From Eledone cirrhosa (lineage: Eukaryota): a stretch of 64,000 bases of DNA. The stretch is taken from positions 162,874,001 through 162,938,000 of the forward strand of contig OZ024741.1 of assembly GCA_964016885.1 (NCBI GenBank), in the 5' to 3' direction. This document shows, one piece after another, positions 23,916 through 35,355 of the stretch (position 1 is the first letter of the stretch; every line of letters begins with the position of its first letter). The notes under the pieces were generated by a model. The model saw nothing but the letters and a program-made list of their open reading frames with translations. It was not told the origin of the DNA and did not search any database. The position numbers were made by a program, and so were the translations under genes.

Positions 23916-25159
23916 CCCTCTACCCGGCCCACCGCTGCCCCGAACAGCTGAGCGAAGTGTCGCTGAAAAGCTTCACACATTTGCCCGGGATCGAGTAGCA
24001 TGCGCCCGTCGTGGTCCACCAAAGACCGGATCGTGTCTTTGTTGCCACGACGCGCCTCCGCCACTCGGGCCCATTGGACGGCTTTCGTCCCCTCGTGTCT
24101 GAGAGCACGCACCCTTGCTCTGACAACGCAGCCTTCGTGCTTTGCATTGAAGAATTGGTCAAGGGCCAATTTCGCCGCAAGCACGTCGGTCGCAATGCCT
24201 TTGCTAAGCGCCTCGTCTAATTTTCTAACTAGTTCTCCCTCTGCTCTATTTTTCTCTATTGCTAAAGCCTTACTAAACCTAATCGATTCTATTCTAATCG
24301 CTCTTTTCAGAGCAAACCACCACTTGTTGTTGACGATGGCCCCCGTCAACGCCCGCTTAACTAGTTCGCTAATCCGGTCTCTGTAGGCCTTGCGCGCTGG
24401 TAAGGACGCGTTTAGCTTCCAGTAGCCGGGTCCTCGTCTATGAAGCCTATCTAAGTCAAGCACACAGATCACGAATTTGTGGTCCGTGTAGCTGACTATC
24501 TTGAATTGTGGACAGCCTATGCTAGACCTATCTATTTCCCTACAAAATACTCTATCTAGATATGATCTGGATGACCCTATGCGGTTTGTCCAAGTCCACA
24601 TTGGCACATTCGGGAAATCCAATCGGTACCTGTCAGACAGTTCAAAACGCCTGAGCAGGTTGGTGAGGCTCTTGCACCCTCCACCCCTATCCGCTAATCC
24701 CACACAGTCCCAGCGTGCATCTAAGATCCTGTTCCAGTCGCCCACTAACACTAAAGAGCGGGACGTTCCAAGAAAGGTCTCCAGACGCCGGAAGAAATCA
24801 GGCCGCCCTGCTCCTGTCGGGGCATAGACGGCCACTAGCCTGAAAGCTTGCCCGTCTCCGCTAGTCACGTCCAGCACCACCAGCTTACCCTCTGGGTCCA
24901 GGAAGATGGCCCGTATGGCGAGATCCAAACCTCTCCGAAAAAGCACAGCAACTCCTCCACCGGATCCCGGACGGCTGGGAGATGCGTACACATCGTAGCC
25001 GCCGAAGATCGGTGCGAAGGCCCGTGCTTCGAAGATTCTGGTCTCGCTGATGGCCACTACATCTATGTTTAGTGACCTGAGGTCGTTGAGCAGGTGACCC
25101 TGCTTCCATGACGACCCCAAGCCACGCGCATTGATGCTGCCTATTCTGAGTGAGGTCAT
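23840..25159 (-). CDS. Tx1 ORF2, APE endonuclease part (one frameshift near 23920 joins it to the RT)
   Basis: SINARG, ISET, VYAP, GDWN, LDRVF, TDH, GPGYWKLN. Confidence 0.9.
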   Translation of the reverse strand: MTSLRIGSINARGLGSSWKQGHLLNDLRSLNIDVVAISETRIFEARAFAPIFGGYDVYASPSRPGSGGGVAVLFRRGLDLAIRAIFLDPEGKLVVLDVTSGDGQAFRLVAVYAPTGAGRPDFFRRLETFLGTSRSLVLVGDWNRILDARWDCVGLADRGGGCKSLTNLLRRFELSDRYRLDFPNVPMWTWTNRIGSSRSYLDRVFCREIDRSSIGCPQFKIVSYTDHKFVICVLDLDRLHRRGPGYWKLNASLPARKAYRDRISELVKRALTGAIVNNKWWFALKRAIRIESIRFSKALAIEKNRAEGELVRKLDEALSKGIATDVLAAKLALDQFFNAKHEGCVVRARVRALRHEGTKAVQWARVAEARRGNKDTIRSLVDHDGRMLLDPGQMCEAFQRHFAQLFGAAVGRVEGWTLVSTSTDCRGSRPLRRSVAKSR

Positions 25160-25194
25160 GTTTAAAATAGAGTGGAAAAGATGGGAAAGACCAC

Positions 25195-26481
25195 TTACCG
25201 TACTTTTGGTAGAGGAGGGATGGTTTTTACATCCCTTTTCACTTGATCGTCTGGTGAAGGGACCGTTGAATCGTCCCTTCGGCTGGTCGTCGGCTCTTCT
25301 AAGAGAATGTCTGAGTATACTCTTCGATTGATGGTTCCTCCTAGGTCCCTGAAATCACCAACTGCGTTGGGGAATTTCGTTTTAATGTTTGTGTATTGTT
25401 TCTGTGCTATTTTTAGCAGTCTTATGTTAGTTGGCGTTTTGATTGGTGCTGGTATTATGTAGTCCTGTTGTGAAATGTCTGTGTGTTCAATTATGTAAGT
25501 CATTAGTTTCTTGTTGTGTGTGTTTATTGCCGTGCATTTGTTTTTCTGGGGGTGGGGTGTGGTTCTGCTATTTTCTTGTCGTTGTTGCTGGGTGTGTGTG
25601 TTTTGTTGTTGTGTTTGCGATGTTGGTGCTTGTGGTGGTGGTGTTGAAGGTGTTGTTGGCGGTGGGGTTGTCGCCAGTGGTGATGGTGGTGCTAGTGTGG
25701 GTGGTGATGGTGTTGGTGTTGTTGCTGCTGTGGGTCTCTTTGCAGTAGACTTTACCCTTTTTTCATTTCTTTCCTCCCTTTTCAAAGGCGACGATGCGCT
25801 GCTTCTGCGTTTGTGCCTTCTTACGACCTTTTGCCATCTCTCTCCCACCTCACACTCCATGTCTGATTCTGTGAGGTCGGGGAGGGGTACCAGCTCCACT
25901 CTTTCACTTGTTGTTGTTGGTGATGTTTGCACTGGAGTCTCTGTTGCAGCTGCATTTGGTATTGCTGTTGTTGTTGTTAGTATTTCCACTGCTGCTGCTG
26001 TTTTTGATTTCCGTGGAGTGGGTATGGGTGCCACGGGCCTATCGTTCCTGGTTGCCGCTTGTCCTGTTGCTGGTAGCTGTGGAGCCGGATTCGGAAGGAG
26101 GGGGGTTTTCTCCTTTCTCAGGGTCTTCTCGTTGCAGAAGGCCCTGAGGTGAGTCTTCGATCCACAGCGAAAGCATTTCGGGCGTTTGCCCTCAACACTT
26201 ATGGGCAGTTGAGTGCCGTTATCGAAGTCTATCACATCCGGGATAGCTTCGATGCACTCCTGGTTGGTTTGGATTAGCATCTCAATGGAGGAGCCGACCC
26301 AATCTTCTCTTACTTTTTTCTGTACTTGCAGTACAGTTGTTTTGTCCTCGATTCCGACGAGGACAGACGCGGCCAGCCAAGAAGGGGTCATTCCGGGGGG
26401 GACGTGGGTCAGTTTGACCCTCACAATTTTTTGCCCGCAGTAGGAGGGCACCAACACCATTTCCTCGCTCCTTAGGGTCAC
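25195..26481 (-). CDS. Tx1 ORF1, C-terminal part with CCHC zinc knuckle
   Basis: CFRCGSKTHLRAFC followed by a Pro/Thr-rich tail. Joins 26282-27337 if one base is removed from the T7 run at 26539-26545. Confidence 0.8.
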   Translation of the reverse strand: MTLRSEEMVLVPSYCGQKIVRVKLTHVPPGMTPSWLAASVLVGIEDKTTVLQVQKKVREDWVGSSIEMLIQTNQECIEAIPDVIDFDNGTQLPISVEGKRPKCFRCGSKTHLRAFCNEKTLRKEKTPLLPNPAPQLPATGQAATRNDRPVAPIPTPRKSKTAAAVEILTTTTAIPNAAATETPVQTSPTTTSERVELVPLPDLTESDMECEVGERWQKVVRRHKRRSSASSPLKREERNEKRVKSTAKRPTAATTPTPSPPTLAPPSPLATTPPPTTPSTPPPQAPTSQTQQQNTHTQQQRQENSRTTPHPQKNKCTAINTHNKKLMTYIIEHTDISQQDYIIPAPIKTPTNIRLLKIAQKQYTNIKTKFPNAVGDFRDLGGTINRRVYSDILLEEPTTSRRDDSTVPSPDDQVKRDVKTIPPLPKVR

Positions 26482-27337
26482 TACTGATTGGGCCTTTGCC
26501 TCCTGGGGTGTGGCAAAAAGTACGTCTACGGTGGCATATTTTTTTGCCTCGGGTGATGTGCGTTTTCCGCTGCCACACAGACCCCAAGGCTTTTTGTATT
26601 TGGGCCTCTGTGGCTCTTTCCACCCTACGGGATTTTGTACTTACTGTACGGTACGTGACCGTACAGTGCTCTTGGGTTTCGAAAAAATTTTCCGCTGCCT
26701 TGCAGATTGCTCGGTGTCCGTTCTTTGTCACCATCTTCTTCGCTTCCTCTAATTCCTCATTTGTTATGAGGATTGTTTCCAAGTTTTTCGCAATACCTGC
26801 AAATGAGATTGGTTTTTCTCTGCTGTTGTTGTTGTCGTCAGAGCTGCTGGTACTTTTGTTGTTGCTGCAGGTACTACGACTACTGCCTCCGCCGCTGTTG
26901 CTGTGGTTGTTGTTGGTGTTGCTGCTGCTAATGCTGTTGTTGTTTATGCTGCTGGTGATGCTGTTGCGGCTGCTACTGTTGTTTTCATTGTCACTGTTGC
27001 TGTTGTTATTACGGCTGCTACTGCTATTATTCCTGACGTCAGACGAATGAACTGGGTTTTCGTATTTCCCGCACACCTGTTTCGTCGCTGTCGTCGTCGT
27101 CGTGGAGAAACCTTGCACGCTTTGCACGAGACTTTTCTTATCTTTCGTCACTTGCGAAAGAGAAGGGAGGGAGAGAGACACATTTAAAGAAGGGAGGGAG
27201 AGAGACAATCTTCTCTCTGCTGTAGTGATGATTGAGGAAGAAGAAGACGGGAATGAGTGGGAGTGACGTATGAAATTTCTTTTTCGTAGCCATGTTGTTT
27301 TTTTGTTTAAAATGAAATTTTGGGTACAAAACCCCAA
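26282..27337 (-). CDS. Tx1 ORF1, N-terminal part (Ser/Asn-rich; true start uncertain)
   Basis: Contains SFAGIAK; lies upstream of the zinc-knuckle ORF; frameshift at RGKK|YATVDV. Confidence 0.65.
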   Translation of the reverse strand: MGFCTQNFILNKKTTWLRKRNFIRHSHSFPSSSSSIITTAERRLSLSLPSLNVSLSLPSLSQVTKDKKSLVQSVQGFSTTTTTATKQVCGKYENPVHSSDVRNNSSSSRNNNSNSDNENNSSSRNSITSSINNNSISSSNTNNNHSNSGGGSSRSTCSNNKSTSSSDDNNNSREKPISFAGIAKNLETILITNEELEEAKKMVTKNGHRAICKAAENFFETQEHCTVTYRTVSTKSRRVERATEAQIQKALGSVWQRKTHITRGKKICHRRRTFCHTPGGKGPISSDPKERGNGVGALLLRAKNCEGQTDPRPPRNDPFLAGRVCPRRNRGQNNCTASTEKSKRRLGRLLH

Positions 27338-27530
27338 TAACTGGTTATTTAACCCCGAAGGGCCAAATAACGGACAGAAAGACCCCTCTCACGAGGAGGA
27401 GGGTGTCTTTATCAACAATTTGGTTCAAGTTTTAAACAATTTACAATTGTTTTAACGGTTAAAAATTACTATACCTTACAGAGCCGAGCCTCCGTCAACC
27501 ATGGCATTCAATAATAATAATAATAATAAT

Positions 27531-29120
27531 ATTATGTGTACTGCAAAAAGTGAGAGCAGGATACGGGTTGGGAAAGGGAGGGCTTACCATCAATCACCTC
27601 CTCTTCATGGACGATCTTAAGCTCTTCGGGAAGAGTGAGAAGGAGTTGGATGTGCTTGTTGACACTGTCCGTATTTTCAGCAATGATATATGTATACAAT
27701 TTGGTATTAGTAAGTGTGGAGTCGTTGTGATGAGGAGGGGTAAGTTGAGCAGAAGTAACGGAATCCAGATACCAACAGGTGAGATGATAAAGGAAATTGT
27801 CTCTGAGGAAGGATACAAGTATTTGGGCGTTCTGGAGGCTGATGACATCAAGAACAAAAAAATGAAGGAATTGATAAGAACTGAATGCCTTCGGAGAGTA
27901 AGGAGCGTATTAAAGTCACATCTGAACAGTAGGAATGCCATAAGTGCAGTAAATTCCCGAGCTGTGTCTATTATTAGGTACAGTGCGGGAATTCTGAGAT
28001 GGAATGTTGCTGAACAAAAAGAAATGGATAGGAAGACTAGGAAGCTATTGACTATCTACAATATGTTCCACAAGAGGAGTGATGTCGATAGACTCTACTT
28101 AAGGAGATCTGAAGATGGAAGAGGTCTTATCAGCATAGAGGACTGTGTTCAGATGGAGAAAAACAACCTATACAAATACGTGACTGATAGTAAGGAGCCA
28201 ATGCTCAGAACTGTACTGAAGGAGGGGACAATAGGCCAGGGGATGTCCAAGGAGGAAATAACATCAAGGAGAAAGAGCAGCCTTCAGGAAAAATCCCTTC
28301 ATAGTACCTTCTTTGAGAAAACTGAATTTAGAGATCCACAGACATGGAACTGGTTGAAAAGAGGAGACCTTAAAAAGGCTACAGAAGGAATGTTAATGGC
28401 TGCGCAGGAGCAGGCCCTCAAAACGAAGTGGTTGAAACACCACATTTACAAGGAGGAGGCTAGCCCACTGTGCAGGATCTGTGGAGAGAGAGAGGAGACT
28501 GTGGCTCACATTGTATCCGAGTGTAAACACCTAGCCCAGACTCACTATAAGGGCTGGAGACATGATGTGATGGGCAGGGTGATCCACTGGCACCTATGCA
28601 AAGTAAACAATTTACCACATTCTGAGAAGTGGTATGAGCATAAGCCAGAGGCGGTGATAGAAAACGATCAGGTGAAGGTGCTGTGGGATTTTAGGATACA
28701 GACGGACAAGAAACTGGAACACAATAGACCTGACCTGGTGGTTTTGGACAAAGAAAAAAGATCGTGCCTGATTGTGGATGTGGCCTGCCCATTCGACACG
28801 AGAGTGCAAGAGAAGGAGAGGGAGAAAATTAACCGATACCAGGACTTAAAGTGGGAGGTAAAAAGGATTTGGAACTGCCATGAAGTCAAAGTGATCCCGA
28901 TTGTCATAGGCGCACTAGGGACTATCTCAAAAAGTTTCCAGGGATGGTTAAAGAAAATTGGCCCCTTCACGCTTTTTGGAACGCTTCAAAAGGCATGCTT
29001 GCTGGGAACAGCAAGAACCCTCCGATACGTCCTGAATATCTGAGGCTGCAGGTAGTGGCTTGATATTCATTTCAATAAACTTTCCAGTTAACTAAAATCA
29101 ATGACTGAGACTCAAAGAGT
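27531..29120 (+). mobile_element. R4/Dong-clade LINE family A, copy 2 (5'-truncated; ORF 27550-29043 open)
   Basis: Near-identical to copy 1 from about 19675 onward. (AAT)n at both ends; a SINE 3' stub at 29165-29182 faces its tail. Confidence 0.93.
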
Positions 29121-29126
29121 AATAAC

Positions 29127-29165
<39 letters not shown>

Positions 29166-29610
29166 TGTTTCTACGTTAGGCATTAATAATAATAATTGTT
29201 ATTCTTATAATAATATGCATAACATGTTTTAGCGTACAGAGATAATTATATAAAAAGTATGCATTAAATATTACGTAACTGACAGAATAATTGTCTAAAA
29301 GCTGATACTGTTATCGTAATAATAATCACTTACTTAAAGATTTCATTATGAATATCGTAGCCTATTCTACATGTATTAATATATATTCTAAATGCAAATG
29401 GATTCACAAATAACTTTATTGTGTACTAGGCTTACTTGTTGAAGATTGTATCATTAGTGAGAGAATGTTTGAAGTACAAAATCACACATATTTTAGAAAC
29501 CATACAAAGCAACATTAGATTTAATATCTTGAAATGTATCTTGAATAATCCTTAATATAGTTAAGCCAGCCTTTGAATCATTTAGTATTTCACAAGCATA
29601 AGACACACGT

Positions 29611-29612
29611 AT

Positions 29613-29684
<72 letters not shown>

Positions 29685-30066
29685 GAATACAAATATACTG
29701 ACAGTTACAGGTGCATACGAATAAACATACATACACGTACATACATTCATTCATACATACATACATACATACATACATACATTCATTCGTACATACATTC
29801 ATACATACATTCATTCATACATACATTCATTCATACATACATACATAGATACATCCACACATACATACATACATACATACACACACAAACCCACACATTA
29901 TTCGTTGTGATTCAGATTCGGCTTTGTATAAACTTTGACATATCTCATTCAGTCTCTCTCGCTTTCTCTATTGCTCGTCATGTATGTATGTATGTATGTA
30001 TGTATGTATGTATGTATGTATGTATGTATGTATGTATGTATGTATGTATGTATGTATGTATGTATG
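29611..30066. repeat. (CA)n, (TA)n, (CATA)n and (TATG)n microsatellite cluster
   Basis: Direct inspection. Confidence 0.9.
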
Positions 30067-30668
30067 TTCTTCTGGTTTTATAATTTCACAAATGTTTGCC
30101 AATAGAGAGAGAGAGTCGGTTTCTAACATAGACACAATACTCTCTCATTGGAATTTACACAACATCAACTAGGTAGATATGTATGCATCTCTGCATGCAT
30201 GTGTAGATATTGATGTTATTGTATGTGTGGATGTGTATGTTTTGAGTTGTATGTGTGGATGTGGATGTTTTGAGTTGTATGTGTGCATATGTATATGCTT
30301 TGTATCTGTACATGTGTATATGCAGTTATTAGATGCAAAATCTTAGGAATGTTTTACATATTTTTACTGTTCCATTAATGGATTGTACTTGTAATTTCCT
30401 AACTAGTTGTGTTCTTTCTGTTCCTGTGAAGCCTAGCTTCTCAAGATTTGTATTGAGGCAGTTACTAACATATCCCAGTGCCCCAATAATCACAGGCATA
30501 AATCTGAAGGTGTAATCAGGGTGGAGTATCTGCAGATTTCTCATCAGTTCTGCATAAATATTCTCCTTTTCGCTAATCTTTGATATTATATTGGCATCTG
30601 CTGGAGAGCTAACTTCCACTACTGTGCATGCCTTCTTTTCCCTGTCCCATATCATAATATCTGGTCTA
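30067..30668 (-). mobile_element. Dong-B 3' fragment embedded in (TATG)n
   Basis: ORF 30329-30655 nearly matches the C-terminal part of 3095-3478; (TATG)n on both sides. Confidence 0.9.
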
Positions 30669-30670
30669 CC

Positions 30671-30701
<31 letters not shown>

Positions 30702-30837
30702 TGTATGTATGTATGTATGTATGTATGTATGTATGTATGTGATTCATATATTTTCCCAGAGAAATCTTTATTTACATTTTACATTTTACATTTATTTACA
30801 TCCTAATGTAACATGGCTAAAAATTCACATGGCTAAA

Positions 30838-33800
30838 GGTTAGCTGGGGATGGTCACCTTACAGAATTCTGTGGAGAATATACATTCTTCTGGAAAGAGA
30901 TGAAGGAACCAGAAGAGAGGCTGGGGTAGCATTTGCTGTTAAGATTGCTCTTGTGGATAAATTAGAAGAATTCCCAGTGGGGATTAGTGAACGTCGTATG
31001 TCCATGAGAATTCGGCTAGAGAAAGGAAGATATGCGACCCTGGTGAGTGTGTATGCTCCAACTATGAATTCTGTCGATAGAGAAAAGGTGTCTTTTAACA
31101 TGCCTTGAAAGGTGTTTTAAGAAATATCCCTCAGGCAGACATGGTCATCGTGCTTGGTGACTTTAATGCTAGAGTGGGTAGGGATTTTAACATATGGAAT
31201 GTAATCGGAAGGCATGGCGTGGGAAGGTGTAACAAAAATGGTATGCTCCTGTCCTGCTGCAGATGTGTGAGGAGCTGGATCTGTGTGTTACCAACACCAT
31301 GTTCCAGCAAAAGAACAAATTTAAGACCACATGGATGCATCCTGCATCTAAAGAATGGCGTCGTTTGCACTACGTCCTTGTCAGGATGCGTGACAGACGG
31401 AATGTGCAGTGTATTCATGTTCTTCGTGGAGCTGAGTGCTGGACGGTCCACCGCCTGGTACGCGCAAAAGTTAAACCTATCACTAAACGTAAAATCCGGG
31501 CTCCTGCTGTTACCCTGCCCAGGAGATTGAATACTGCTCGTCTTAGAGATAAAAATGTGAAGAGGACATTGCGAGAAGAGATGCATGTTGCAGATCTTGG
31601 TGAGGATTGGCCGACCCTTAAAAAGTCGGTTTATGATGTAGGCAGGCGTGTTCTGGGATTGGTGCAGAGAAAACATCAAGACTGGTTTAATGAGAATGGT
31701 GAGCATATAGATGACTTGTTGGCTGATAATAGGCATGCTCAGTCACGCTACTTGACAGCAAACCCACAGGAGAAGAATATGTTGCATAAAGAACTCAAGG
31801 ATGTGAAATCTCAGATGAAGGATAAGTGGTGGAGTGAGGAGGCTGATGAGATACAAGCTGCATCAGATTCCAATAGCACAAAGCAGCTGCTGTACAGTCT
31901 CTTGTGTGAAATTTATGGACCCTCTTCTTCTCTGGTGACACCGCTTCGCAGCACAGATGGCAAGGAACTTCTTCTTGACTCAAAAGGAATTCTACGAAGG
32001 TGGCGAGGGCGCTTTGATGAACTTTTGAATCAGCCATCTGTAGTCAATGAAGATTCCTCAATCTCATTTCTGAAAAACCTGTGAAAGTAGTTCTCGCAGA
32101 ACCAACGACGCTTGTGGGGGTTGCAGTAGCTCTCTCGAAGCTGACCAGTGGAAGGTCTCCAGGTATGGATGGCATACATGCAGAGCTCCTACAATATGGT
32201 GGTGAGAGACTTCTACAACACCTTCACTCTTTGTTTGGCAGGATTTGGGCTAGTGAATCCGTACATGAGGAGTGGAGAGATGTAGTAATGGTGGTCTTGT
32301 ACAAGGGAAAGGGTAACAAGAATGATTGTCGAAACTACAGAGGTATATCATTGCTTTCTGTCGTAGGAAAAATGTTATGTAGGGTGCTTCTGGACCGTCT
32401 GCTGACACACATTGCAGATTGTGTTCTTCCTGAAAATCAATCTGGTTTTCGTGCTGGACGCGGCACTACTGATATGATCTTCTCAGCCAGACAGCTCCAT
32501 GAGGAAATGCATGGGTACAAGGTTTGGATCTGTAACAGGTTTTTGTCGATCAGACAAAAGCTTTCGATACTGTTAACAGAAATGCACTGTAGAAGGTTTT
32601 CCAGAAACTTGTTTGCCCTGATAAGTTCCTTGCTTTGGTTAGGTCTTTCCATGGCAACATGAAGACTTGGGTTAATGTCGGAGGTAACATGTTGCAGCCT
32701 ATCTCAGTAAACAATGGAGTGAAACAGTGGGATATTCTAGCACCGACCCTGTTTGCATATACTTTGCAATGTTTTCTATATTGCATTCAGGAATTGCGAG
32801 CATATCCAATATCGAACCTCAGGCAGCATATTTAACATCAAGCGCTTTGCTGCAAAAAGAAAAGTATTTACATCAATCATAAGAGACCTCTTGTATGCAG
32901 ATGATTGCGATCTTGTAGCGCACACAGAGAGTGATATGCAGCACATTTTGATTTTATTTTCTGATGCACTGCCCTAGGATTGAATGTAAGTCTAAAGAAA
33001 ACCGTCGTCATGTACCAACCTGCCCCTGGTAAGCAGTACAGTGAGCCAAATATCTGTGTGTGTGGTAAACGACTTGGAGTAGTTGATCAGTTTGTCTACC
33101 TGGGAAGCACTGTCAATCGATACAGCAACCTTGATAATGAAATTCCACTCAGGATTAGGAAAGCAAGTGATGCTTTCTGAAAGCTAGAAAGGCAACTCTG
33201 GGGTCGGCGAGACATATGCAAGAAGACAAAGGTAAAGGTGCACAAGACATGTGTGCTCTCTTCTCTTCTTTATGCCTGCGAGATCTTAAACAATTGGAGC
33301 ATTTTCATCAGATATGTCTCAGACAGATCCATGGCGTTCACTGGAGGGATCACATCAGTGATGTCGAGATTTTGGAAAGCCCTCTGTGTGACAGTATAGA
33401 AGCTCTTGTGCTTAAGCAAAGACTCCGTTGGAGTGGTCACCTTGCCAGGATGAAGGATTCTAGAATACCAAAACAACTCTTTTATGGAGAGTTGGTTAAA
33501 GGAAAACGGCCTCCACATAAACCAAAAAAGAGGCATAAGGATTCGTTGAAAACCTCTTTGAAAGACGCTAACATCTCTGCTGATACATGGGAAAATGTTG
33601 CTGCTGATCGTAATAAATGGAGAAAGACTCTATATGAGAGGAAAGTTGCCTTTGAGGCATCTCGAATCGCATACGAGAAAGTAAAGAGGGATGTGAGGAA
33701 AGGCACTACTGTTGCATTTCCACACGGTGAAGGTCCTCCTATGGCGCTGACATGTAGTGTCTGTGCGAGAGTCTGCTTCCTGCAAAGCTGGACTCGAAAG

Positions 33801-34101
33801 TCATCTTCGCAGTCATAAAGTGAGACCAGTGGTTGACTACAAGGCTGATGTTGGAGATGCTACTCATCATGCCTGCCAAGCATGTGGTAGAGAATGTAAA
33901 TAAGCAGGAGGGCTCAAACGACATGCAAAAATACATGAACTCCAACCACAGCAGGCTATTCCCAGTGAATGTTTTGGTTGCCAAATCTGTGTAAGACATT
34001 TTAGATCATTGGCTGGGCTAAAAAGCCACATTCGATCGCAGCACTGTTAAATGTTATCGTGTGTGTGTGTTTGTGTGTGTGTGTATGTGTGTATAGATAT
34101 G

Positions 34102-34168
<67 letters not shown>

Positions 34169-34690
34169 CGCGTCTCCCTTGCCGTCCTCCGGGGAAACGC
34201 CTTCTGTATTCTGTCCGCCGGGGCTGTGGGGAGGCCACCGATATGATTGACTGACTTGTCATTTCATCAGTCAGATGTTTTTAGACCCCAGTACTGGAAG
34301 TTCTGAATACCGTTTATTTTTTGATGTTACGCTTGTATATTTAATTAATCTTAATTGTAGTTTACATTCGAATGTATTATTATTATTGTTGTTATTAAGG
34401 GGCGGTGGATTGGTAGTATCGGTAGAGGGTCGGACGCCATGCTTTCCAGCATAGAGTTACGGCCCTTGCCATTCTGAGTTCAAATCCCGCCGAGGTTAAC
34501 TTTGCCTTTCATCCTTACGGGGGTCGATACAATAAAGTATCAGTCACGCACTGGGGTCGATTTAATCGTCTTTCCCCTCCCCCAAAATTGCTGGCCTTGT
34601 GCCTATATAAGAAACCATTATTATTGTCGTTATTATGTTGTTTTTCATTCGTGCTATGGCTATACTCGATAATGACGAGGCAGCCATCAT
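30838..34690 (+). mobile_element. RTE-clade LINE, degenerate (APE, RT and three C2H2 fingers); 3' end displaced by an insertion
   Basis: YTFFW, SVYAPT, LGDFNARVG, TTWMHP, NYRGISLLS, QSGFRAGRGT, LLYADD, RLRWSGH..RIPKQLFYGEL; many frameshifts. Confidence 0.92.
34399..34622 (+). mobile_element. tRNA-derived SINE (main family), full copy in ATT-rich sequence
   Basis: A and B boxes, core, gtcgatttaatcg segment, ends agaaaccattattatt. Confidence 0.9.
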
Positions 34691-34775
34691 GTATGTATGT
34701 ATGTATGTATGTATGTATGTATGTATGTATGTATGTATGTATGTATGTATGTATGTATGTATGTATGTATGTATG

Positions 34776-35191
34776 TCTGGGAGAGATGACCCCTTAGCCT
34801 TTGTCAAGGCAGAATTCTAGGAGAAGGAAAACTCTGATATAACACCTGCAACCCTGATGGTATCCAATGATGTTGACTTGTTCTTCTTTTTGGTAAATAT
34901 CATCTTGGTTAAGAGAGTGGGACTGGCTTTGTGCAGTGCCTTTGCTCACTATAAAAGCTTCACGGCACAGGCATTGCTTTATATCTGGAGATCTCTCTGC
35001 ACTTGTCGTCACATGGTACAATGGGCCCAGCACTATGTGTCAATAATTGTCACAAGTGTAGTGTTTGTACCAGAGTTTTCAAGTCGCTGGCTGGACTAAA
35101 AAGTCACACTCGTTCAGCGCATCGGTAGGGGTTCTCCTACATGGATATAAAGTAGTGGCCGTACTCGAAAACGAGTTGGCAGCCACCACCA
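34776..35191 (+). mobile_element. Non-autonomous RTE-derived element in (TATG)n
   Basis: ctaggagaaggaaaactctg 5'UTR motif; residual C2H2 finger CSVCTRVFKSLAGLKSHTRSAH; 3' stem-loop. Confidence 0.8.
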
Positions 35192-35254
35192 TGTATGTAT
35201 GTATGTATGTATGTATGTATGTATGTATGTATGTATTACCTACCTATCTATTTG

Positions 35255-35315
<61 letters not shown>

Positions 35316-35324
35316 ATATCTATA

Positions 35325-35355
<31 letters not shown>

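Larger units (their letters stand above)
21491..27509 (-). mobile_element. Full-length Tx1-clade (L1 group) LINE flanked by (AAT)n
   Basis: 5'UTR, ORF1 with zinc knuckle, ORF2 with APE endonuclease, RT and CCHC motif, AATAAA near the 3' end, (AAT)n on both sides. Confidence 0.93.

Noticed and set aside
22068-27187. Several plus-strand ORFs overlapping the Tx1
   Set aside because: Antisense shadows of GC-rich coding sequence with no recognisable motifs.
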